From positions 56,402-120,401 of the forward strand of contig CAWHXS010000012.1 of the NCBI GenBank assembly GCA_963833365.1: a stretch of DNA of 64,000 nt, given 5' to 3'. A program made the position numbers and the translations under genes. The notes beneath the pieces were generated by a model. That model was not told the origin of the DNA. It saw only the letters and a program-made list of their open reading frames with translations, and did not search any database. Of this stretch, positions 48,399 to 55,911 are shown piece by piece (positions within the stretch are counted from its first letter, which is position 1; each line of letters opens with the position of its first letter). This DNA is from an uncultured Gemmatimonadales bacterium. GTDB taxonomy: Bacteria > Gemmatimonadota > Gemmatimonadetes > Gemmatimonadales > GWC2-71-9.

Positions 48399-48635
48399 TT
48401 AAAGCACCGGTTTCTGTGGCTGGTTGGGGCAGGGTTTCGCCCTCGCCGACGAGAGATGCGAGCTTACCGGTTGCGATGAGACCTGGCAGCTCGGGTCAGT
48501 CTCCACCGGAAAGGCGGGAACCTGCGGCGGCCCGCTTCGGTTGTCGGGAACCCCGTCCACGTTGGGGCCGCTGGTCGAATCGCAGGCCGCCAGCATCAGG
48601 CTGGCGCCGATCCATAGCACGTGCTTGACCGACAT
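48399..48635 (-). CDS. Small lipoprotein, paralog 2 (78 aa)
   Basis: MSVKHVLWIGASLMLAAC (lipobox LAAC). The mature N-terminus CDSTSGPNV compares with CSSTTEPNV in paralog 1. Two further Cys are separated by 18 residues. The start context CTTGACCGACAT is conserved on the plus strand. Confidence 0.5.
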   Translation of the reverse strand: MSVKHVLWIGASLMLAACDSTSGPNVDGVPDNRSGPPQVPAFPVETDPSCQVSSQPVSSHLSSARAKPCPNQPQKPVL

Positions 48636-48778
48636 GGGTTCCTCCCTGGTGACCGCCGCCTCTGGCCGCGGGTAATAGTCCCTCGACTATGCTTTCGGGG
48701 ACCCAAGCTAGGGCGCACGGCACAAGTATCGGTCAACCTCTGGATACGCGGAGTCAATTCGTTAGTCTGTTGTCGGTT

Positions 48779-49630
48779 ATGAACGAGTCTGTACTTCCTT
48801 CAATCGTGTCCAGCCACTGGCTCGCCGCACGCCTCGACCAGGTCGAGGTGCGAGTGCTGGACGCCTCGTGGTATCTCCCTTCGACTGGACGCGATGGGAG
48901 AGCGGAGTTCGTGGCGGGACACCTTCCCGACGCCCGGTATTTCGATCTGGACGCGGCGAGCGACGACCGGACTTCGTTGCCTCACATGGTGCCGACGGCA
49001 AGCCGGTTTGCGGAGCAGGTAGGCGCGTTGGGAGTGGGGAACGACAGCACCGTGGTGGTTTACGACGGCTCTGGCGCCAACCTGAGCACCGGGCGGGCCT
49101 GGTGGATGTTCCGGGCTTTTGGTCACGATCGGGTCGCGGTACTGGACGGTGGCAGCAAAAAGTGGAAAGGGGAGGGAAGGGCGATGGAGACGGGGATCCC
49201 GCGGATCGAGCCCACGGTGTTCAATGCGAAGCTTCGCCCGGAGATTGTGCGCACAATGGACGATGTCGCCGACGCGCTGCGGTCCGGAGCCGCGCAAGTC
49301 GTGGACATGCGAAGCCGCGGGCGGTTCGAAGGATCCGACCCCGAGCCGCGTGCGGGCCTGCCGAGTGGCCACATGCCCGGCGCGCTGAACCTGCCATATG
49401 GCACTCTGGTAGCACCGGACGGGACGCTACTCCCGCCGGATGAGCTACGTCAGCGCATAGCAGACGCCGGCATTCGACTCGACCGACCGATCATCGGTAG
49501 TTGTGGATCGGGAGTGAGCGCCTGTGCGCTTCTACTGGCGCTGGATACCCTGGGGGTTGAGGGAGCAACACTGTACGACGGATCGTGGACCGAATGGGCC
49601 ACGAAAGGGGGTGCGATCGAAACACGATGA
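48779..49630 (+). CDS. sseA: 3-mercaptopyruvate / thiosulfate sulfurtransferase (tandem rhodanese)
   Basis: Start placed at MNESVLPSIVSSHWLAARL. GHLPDARYFDL, and the active-site loop IGSCGSGVSACALLLAL. Confidence 0.85.
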   Translation: MNESVLPSIVSSHWLAARLDQVEVRVLDASWYLPSTGRDGRAEFVAGHLPDARYFDLDAASDDRTSLPHMVPTASRFAEQVGALGVGNDSTVVVYDGSGANLSTGRAWWMFRAFGHDRVAVLDGGSKKWKGEGRAMETGIPRIEPTVFNAKLRPEIVRTMDDVADALRSGAAQVVDMRSRGRFEGSDPEPRAGLPSGHMPGALNLPYGTLVAPDGTLLPPDELRQRIADAGIRLDRPIIGSCGSGVSACALLLALDTLGVEGATLYDGSWTEWATKGGAIETR

Positions 49631-49643
49631 TAGTGCCGCCAGT

Positions 49644-50303
49644 TCATTCGGCGACGAGTCCGCTTTCCACCGCGAAGCGGGTAAGCCCCGCCACGGTACG
49701 AATCGCGAGCTTGCGCATGAGGTTTTCCCGATAGGCCTCGACCGTCCTGGGGCTGAGGCCGAGCTGCTGGGCGATGATCTTGCTGGTTGATCCCGCCGCA
49801 ATTCCCGCGAGGACCTGCCGTTCCCTGTCGGTGAGGCGCTCGAGTTTTCCTCCCTGCTCCTCCCGGAGCGTCTCCTGGCGAACCGCCGCCGAGAGCTGGC
49901 GGGCGACCGGGCTGCTGAAGAACGCCTCTCCCCGATGTACCGTTCGGATGGCCAGCCGCAGCTCGGCTGGAGAAGTGTCTTTCCTTATATAGCCCTGAGC
50001 GCCAGCGCGAACCGCCTCGAGGACATACTCGGGGTGATCATGGACGCTCAGGATCAGCGACCGGGCTGCGGGCGCTACCTCGCGAAGCCTGACGACTGCG
50101 CGAAGACCGCCCTCTCCTGGCATCGAAAGGTCGAGGATCACGACGTCAGGGCGGAGCTTCCCGGCAGCCTCCACCGCCTCCTCACCGCTTCCGGCTTCCG
50201 CCACGATCTCGAAGCCATCCTCGGCCGCCACGATCGAACGAATGCCCTCGCGGACCAGGGGGTGGTCGTCAACGATCATGACCCGGATCGGAGAAGTCGT
50301 CAC
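49644..50303 (-). CDS. NarL/LuxR-family response regulator
   Basis: 219 aa. Receiver domain: RVMIVDDHPLVREG, VVILDLSMPG. LuxR HTH: LTDRERQVLAGIAAGSTSKIIAQQLGLSPRTVEAYRENLMRKL. 4-nt overlap with the upstream kinase. Confidence 0.9.
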   Translation of the reverse strand: MTTSPIRVMIVDDHPLVREGIRSIVAAEDGFEIVAEAGSGEEAVEAAGKLRPDVVILDLSMPGEGGLRAVVRLREVAPAARSLILSVHDHPEYVLEAVRAGAQGYIRKDTSPAELRLAIRTVHRGEAFFSSPVARQLSAAVRQETLREEQGGKLERLTDRERQVLAGIAAGSTSKIIAQQLGLSPRTVEAYRENLMRKLAIRTVAGLTRFAVESGLVAE

Positions 50304-52036
50304 GGCGATGGTGCCTCCCGCGGAAGAACAATCATGAGGCGCGCTCCGCCCTCGCTCCCCGCCTCCAACTCCACTCGTCCACCCAGTGAGGCAAATCGCT
50401 CCCGCATTCCCGCGAGACCCATGTGTCCTGCGCCATTCCCGGCTTGATCCAGATTGACGGGCCCGTGTCCGTCATCAACCAGCTCCAGTAGCACGCGGTC
50501 TCCCTCATCTCTCAGCGTGACTTCAACACTCTTCGCCTTGGCGTGCCTCGCCACATTGGCGAGCCCCTCCTGCACCGCCCTGAAGAGAGCTAGCTCGGCA
50601 TCCTTTTCGAGACCCGGCAGCGCGTCCGGTGCGGTGAACCGGGTGCTTAGACCGGAGCGGGCCCCGAAGTCGGTCACTAGAGCCCGCAGGGCAGGGATCA
50701 GGCCGAGGTCGTCGAGTAGCGACGGACGCAGCGCTTCGGTGACGCTCCGGATGCTGGACATCCCGGCATCCACCAGGGCAATGATCCGTTCCAGTCGCGC
50801 AGTGTGTGCTGCCGGGAGTTTCTCCTTCAACATGCCGAGCTGCAGCTTCACCGCCGAAAACACCTGGGCAGTTTCGTCGTGCAGCTCGAGCGAAATTCTC
50901 CGGCGTTCTTCCTCGTGCTGGTGGATCATCCGCACCGATAGTCGCTCCAGATCTTCGCTCCGTCCACGCAGGTTCCGGTACAGGTCGGCATTCTCCAATG
51001 CCGCGCCCACCTGCTGTCCCAGCGCAAGAAGGAACGATTGATCGAGCGCTGTGAACGGATCCCGGGCGTCTCCCACGATGATCATGGCGCCGGTAACCTC
51101 GCGCCGACGGAATACCGGGAGTACCGCCGCGAACGCAAAGACTGCCCTCAGCCGACACGCCCTCCCGCCATCCGGAAACCGAGACGGGCTTGCCTCCTTC
51201 TACCGCAGATCGAATCGCAGGACGCGCCTCGGCAGAAGGCTCCCGCCCGGCCCATGAGGAGGCAACCCCCGCTCCCCGGACGTAGCGTCCAGACTCCCTC
51301 AGATACATCACGCTGCCGCGGACGCCAGCCAATCCCAGCGGACGAGCGAGGAGTCCGCCCAGCACATCGGCCCCGCCATCGGTGCGCTGGAGATCGCCCG
51401 AGAGTGCCGCGAGAGCGCCGAGTCCCCGGTCGGTATCCTCGAGCACCAGGAGGATCATGCCGAACCCGACCGCCAGCGCGAAGAGGATGTCGAGGTAATA
51501 GCCCCACGGATTCCAGGCGCCGCGAGCCCGCAGAAGGGGGTAGTCGAGATGGTGCAGGCCCCAGAGAAGGAAGGCCCCGCCGAGCAGCATCGCGGCGCGA
51601 GAACCGGTCTGGCGACGGAACCGGAGAAAGACCCGCGAGGTCCAGAGGGTCGCCGCGGAAAGGAAGACCACGGCCGGGACTGCGGCGACATAGAAGAGCC
51701 GTGAGCTGCCCAGGGTCTGCACCGCAAGCAGCGACCAGGCCAATGGCACCAGCACCAGGATCAGGTACACCGGCTTGAGCGGGGGATCGCGAGAAAACAC
51801 TATCGCGCTCCAGAGCAGGGCCAGCGCCGTCCAGCCGGTCAGCACCTGGTGGGCAAACAGCCAACTCTGGTCCGGTGAGTGCCGACGAAGGTGATGATCG
51901 CGACGAGTCGGAGCAGGTAGAGGCTCCACGCCACGGCCCACCAGAAGAGGTAGCGCTTGCGATAGCGGCGATAGAGGAAGATGCAGAGGCCGACGAGGGC
52001 GAGGATGATCGTCGCCTGCAGCAGCGCGGGATTCAA
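50300..52036 (-). pseudogene. Multi-TM GAF/HisKA_3 sensor histidine kinase, about 2 frameshifts (near 51870 and 51140)
   Basis: N-terminal TM block in two frames: NPALLQATIILALVGLCIFLYRRY...VAIITFVG / SWLFAHQVLTGWTALALLW...MILLVLEDTD. The GAF end and HisKA_3 region are in a third frame: AVLPVFRRREVTGAMIIVGDARDPFT, then ISLELHDETAQVFSAVKL. HATPase region: LANVARHAKAKSVEVTL...DDGHG. The start (TTG 52036) is tentative. Confidence 0.7.
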
Positions 52037-52050
52037 CTCCGCGCCGGCGG

Positions 52051-52820
52051 TCAGAGCGACTGGCCCAACCAGCGCGAGACGCGATCCCGGTAGCCCCGGC
52101 TCACCTTGAGCCGGGTGCCGTCCGTCAGGATGGCGATGAATTCGCCCGAGAACCACGGTTGCAGCTCGCGAATCCGCTCGACGTTGACGATGGTGGTGCG
52201 GTGAATGCGGAGAAAGTGCGCCGGGTCCAGCCGGCTCTCGATGTTGGTCAGCGACTCCCGCAGCAGGTGCTCGGTCTTGCCGGTGTGCAGTCGTACGTAG
52301 TTGCTCGCGGCTTCGATGTAGTCCACGTCGCCGGCGCGCACGAAGTACACCTTGCCGTCGCTCCGGATGGCGATGCGATCCGACCCGCGTTCGGGCTTGT
52401 CCAGCGACGCGAGCAGCTCGGCGAGCTTTCCGGCGTCGGAATCCGGCGTGGTGGCACGCAGCCGTTCCTTGGCCCGGAGGTACGCCCGGTGGAAGCGGTC
52501 CGCGTCGAACGGCTTCAGCAGGTAATCTAGCGCGTTCGCCTCGAAGGCCTGCAGGGCGTAGCTGTCGTGAGCGGTCACGAAGACCACGGCCGGCAGGCGG
52601 GGTGTCGCGCAACGCCTCGAGCACGCCGAAGCCGTCGAGTGCGGGCATCTGCACATCGAGGAAAAGCAGGTCGGGAGCCTGGGCACGGATGGCCTCCACC
52701 GCCTCGGCACCGTTGGCGCAGGCGGAGACCAGCTCGGCGTCCGGCTCGCTCTTCGAGGAGGCGGACCAGTCGCCGGCGAGCCAGAGGCTCGTCATCGGCT
52801 ACCACGACCCTTACCGTCAT
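52051..52820 (-). pseudogene. LytTR-family response regulator, about 2 frameshifts (near 52745 and 52600)
   Basis: MTVRVVVADDEPLARRRLVRLLEE / EPDAELVSACANGAEAVEAIRAQAPDLLFLDVQMPALDGFGVLEAL / PAVVFVTAHDSYALQAFEANALDYLLKPF...FLRIHRTTIVNVERI (LytTR domain). Confidence 0.8.
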
Positions 52821-53982
52821 GCCCCTGCTCCAGCCATCCGCGACCACCTGGAGGTGCAGCGGAGTGTGGGCTTCGTGGCACTCGATGTAGGGCAACGCGA
52901 TGGTCACCAGCGCGCCGCCCTCGGGGCTGTTGGCCAAAGCGAAGGCGTGCCGATCACCATAGAGCTGGCGGAGCCGCTCGCGGGTGTTGCTCAGGCCGAC
53001 GCCCTCCTTCAACGACGATGACCCATTGGGAAAACCGGGACCGTTGTCGCGAATTTCCACCGTGAGCATGGCTCCCTGGCGCCGGGCCCGAATGGCGATC
53101 TCTCCGGCGCCGGTCCGAGGCGAGGTGCCGTGCCGGATCGCGTTCTCGACGATGGGTTGCAGCAACAGCGCCGGCACTCCGGCGTCGAGTGCGTCGAGCG
53201 AGATGTCGGTGTCGACGGCGAGGCGGTCCTGGAACCGGGTCTGCTCGATCTCGAGGTAGGCGGTGAGGAACTGCAGCTCCTGGCGGAACGGGACGACCTG
53301 GTGGCCCGCCTGCTCCAGCGAGAGTCGCAGCAGATGTCCCAGACGCGCGATCAGGCGGTCGGCGTTGTTAGGGTCGTCGTGCGCCAGCTCGGCGATCGTG
53401 TTAAGGGCATTGAACAGGAAATGAGGCTGCAGCTGCATCTTCAGCACCTGCAGCTCGGCGCGCGCCAGCTGGGCTTCGAGTTCGGCGGCCTGAACCTCCC
53501 GCTCCCGGTAGAGCAGGGCATATCGCGCCGCCGAGGCGACGGTGACGATGCAGAGATAGGCCAGGAGACGGCTGTCGAAACGGTAGAGCAGCCCCTGCAC
53601 GAAGGGCTTCAGCGGTGAATCGCTGATGGAGGCAACGATGGCCCGCTCCAGCAAGGTCGAAACCAGCACGAAAGTGAGCCCTGCGATTCCGTGGAGCAGC
53701 AGGCTCCGCATCCGCTGGTTCGGCTCGAACCGCAGCCGATTCGCCACCCAGAGGGCCGCCGGGGTCAGTGCCGCCCAGATCCAGGCGCTTCCCAGCGATA
53801 TCGCGAACAGCGGCCCCCAGGGAATCGGGTCGCGCGCGGGGAGCGAGTAAGTAGAGAACGGTCTGGGAATACGAGAAGAGACCGAACAGCGTCCAGCCGC
53901 CAAAGACCAACGCCGCCTGCAGGCGGAAGCTCTTCCGCCGCAGGACGGCGTCCCGGTTGAGGACCACGGAGTGTTCGGGCAT
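52817..53982 (-). pseudogene. LytS/YehU-type sensor histidine kinase, at least 1-2 frameshifts (near 53840 and probably near 52850)
   Basis: MPEHSVVLNRDAVLRRKSFRLQAALVFGGWTLFGLFSY in one frame. Then TM helices, LKMQLQPHFLFNALNTIAEL (His_kinase motif) and LLLQPIVENAIRHG...VGLSNTRERLRQLYG in another. Confidence 0.8.
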
Positions 53983-54117
53983 TCCATGTTCCGCGACGGA
54001 ACGCGGCTCCTCAAGTGTTTCAGCGTTTCGCTCCGTGAAACGAGCGCCAACGCCGGATGGCGGCCGGCGAATTACGCCTGCCGCCACGCGAGGGCGAGAC
54101 TCTCTTGTGGGTCGGCT

Positions 54118-55155
54118 CTACTGGGAGGAGACGACAGCCCCCTTCGCCGACGCACTATCGACCATGATCTCGGTCAGCCGCTCGGAGATCGGCCGACGCC
54201 ATCCTCCATCATTGTTCACGCCCAGCAGGATCAGCACGTCCCTGTCCGGGTAATACGCGATCCAGGTCTGGAAACCCACTTGATCTCCAGCGTGTTCGGT
54301 GACCCGGACCCCGCCCGGCGTGGTGCTGACTACCCACCCGTAGCCATAGCCGTTCGGGGCCGGGGCGAACATCCGGCGCTTGGACTCCGGAGAAACCACC
54401 TTGTTGTCGCGCAACGCGAGACGGAACTGGTAGAGGTCCGCCAGGGGAGCCACCATCCCCTTGGCGATCACCGTCTCTCCCAGTGGCTCCCGATAACCCC
54501 GCGCAACCAGGGAATCACCCACCTCTCCGTTGTCCCAGAAGGTCCGGGTGAGACCATTGGGAATCAACAGATGGTTGGACACGTAGCTCTCATAGGATTC
54601 GCCGGTCACCTGCTCGATCACCTTGCGCAGCGTGACATAGCTGGCCCCGGTCTCCGCAAAGCGCTCGGCCAACGGATCAGCCGGTCCGGTTATGCTCGCC
54701 ATCCCGCCTGCATATGCCACCGTGGTCACTTCCCGATTGCGACTGAGGAGATCGTCGATGCGCAGATCCGCGGGCGCCGGCACGAAGCGGTTCACGAGAT
54801 CCTTAGTCGAGATCTTGCCCTCCTCCTCGAGGCGAAGCATCGCGGCCGCCGTGAACACATTCTCGACGGCACCGAGGGGATAGCGGCTTTCCGCGGTGTT
54901 GGGGAGCTCGCGGGCGCGATTGGCCTGCCCATACCCCTTATAGATGATCACGCGAGATCCCTCAGCAATCAGCACGGTGCCGCTGAATCCCTGGGCGGCG
55001 AAGGACTTCATGGCTTGGTCTACCTGCCCCGCGGCCGGGTCGGCCGTCGTTACCTGAGAGAGGTAAGGCGATTCCATGCGTGACATGCGGGCGCATGCCG
55101 CCGAGCCGGCCAGAACGGCGGCCAGCGCGGCCCGGGTCAGGGGACGATAGGACAT
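54118..55155 (-). CDS. Beta-lactamase/PBP-fold (serine hydrolase family) protein lacking the SxxK nucleophile motif
   Basis: Start placed at MSYRPLTRAALAAVLAGSAAC. The family context YPLGAVENVFTAAAMLRLEEEGKIS aligns with the canonical F.IGSvSKxFTAaailqLveeGKL, so Ser is replaced by Ala and Lys by Asn (54859-54870). EHAGDQVGF sits at the KTG/HxG position. Confidence 0.75.
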   Translation of the reverse strand: MSYRPLTRAALAAVLAGSAACARMSRMESPYLSQVTTADPAAGQVDQAMKSFAAQGFSGTVLIAEGSRVIIYKGYGQANRARELPNTAESRYPLGAVENVFTAAAMLRLEEEGKISTKDLVNRFVPAPADLRIDDLLSRNREVTTVAYAGGMASITGPADPLAERFAETGASYVTLRKVIEQVTGESYESYVSNHLLIPNGLTRTFWDNGEVGDSLVARGYREPLGETVIAKGMVAPLADLYQFRLALRDNKVVSPESKRRMFAPAPNGYGYGWVVSTTPGGVRVTEHAGDQVGFQTWIAYYPDRDVLILLGVNNDGGWRRPISERLTEIMVDSASAKGAVVSSQ

Positions 55156-55243
55156 ATACACCTCCACGTGATGAGCCGGCACTGATTGGAGTACGTCCGG
55201 CGCGATCACGATGGCGCGTCTGCACCTGCCTGCCAACCAACCG

Positions 55244-55379
55244 GGGATGAATCGCTTTGGTGCGGGGATGAGTCGTCGGGTTGTGGGGACGATCCCATAG
55301 CGCGCAATTCATCCCTCGTACGGTGCAGTTCGTCCCAGCTCATTTCTCCACCCATCCCGAAATCGTTCCGGCTCATCCC
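55244..55379. promoter_or_regulatory. Phased GGGATGA motif array (candidate operator sites)
   Basis: GGGATGA occurs on the plus strand at 55244 and 55265. Its reverse complement TCATCCC occurs at 55309 and 55373, with a degenerate CCATCCC at 55352. Spacings are 21, 43/44 and 21 nt, about two helical turns. The array lies in the divergent region between the beta-lactamase-fold gene and the OmpR remnant. Confidence 0.35.
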
Positions 55380-55421
55380 TGCCACTCCTAGGTTGGGCCA
55401 AAGCTCTCGGGAGGGAGATTC

Positions 55422-55874
55422 GTGCGAATCCTGATCATCGAGGACGACGCCGCGGGAGCGCTGACTCCATCGGCGGGAGCGGCCGTCGCTGATGGACCCG
55501 AAGCGGAAGCGCTGCTCGATCAAGCTGAGACGTCGGCTCGATGGAAACCGCGGGGCGGACTCACTGTGGGGCGGCATGGCGCGGTTTGGTGAGGTCGTCG
55601 TGGAATACGCGACCCAGCGCATCGTCCGGGCCGGCCGCTACATCCCGGTCACACCAAAGGAACTCCGACTGCTCTACGCGCTCATGCGGCGCGAGGGCCG
55701 TGTCGTGTCACGCGGCCCGAACTGATGGAGGAAGTCTGGGGGCCGGACGCGGCGATCGGTCCCCGGGTGATCGACACCCACATCGCCCGACTGCGCCGGA
55801 AGCTCGAGGCGGAACCGGCGCAGCCCCGTCACATCCTCACCGCCCTCAATCTCGGCTACCGGTTTCAGCAATAA
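55422..55874 (+). pseudogene. OmpR/PhoB-family response regulator remnant: receiver domain internally deleted, plus frameshifts
   Basis: A GGGAGG SD, then GTG 55422 giving VRILIIEDDAAGA...VADGPEAEALLDQAE. About 40 codons later the winged-helix domain follows directly: FGEVVVEYATQRIVRAGRYIPVTPKELRLLYALMRREGRVVSR / LMEEVWGPDAAIGPRVIDTHIARLRRKLEAEPAQPRHILTALNLGYRFQQ*. Roughly 70-80 receiver residues are missing. Confidence 0.7.
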
Positions 55875-55911
55875 GGCCGGGGCTGGCCCACCACCGAACC
55901 CCGGAGGTTGT

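Noticed and set aside
52790-52900. Apparent in-frame fusion of the LytS-type kinase to the LytTR regulator (one ORF, 52575..54050)
   Set aside because: In an alternative frame the kinase would stop at a TGA overlapping the regulator ATG (ATGA at 52817-52820), the normal coupled arrangement. Given the local indel density, one extra shift near 52850 is more likely than a real hybrid protein.
55206-55376. Small minus-strand ORF (MSRNDFGMGGEMSWDELHRTRDELRAMGSSPQPDDSSPHQSDSSPVGW...)
   Set aside because: It overlaps the phased GGGATGA motif region, and its repetitive DSSP content is produced by those motifs. There is no SD and no recognisable family.
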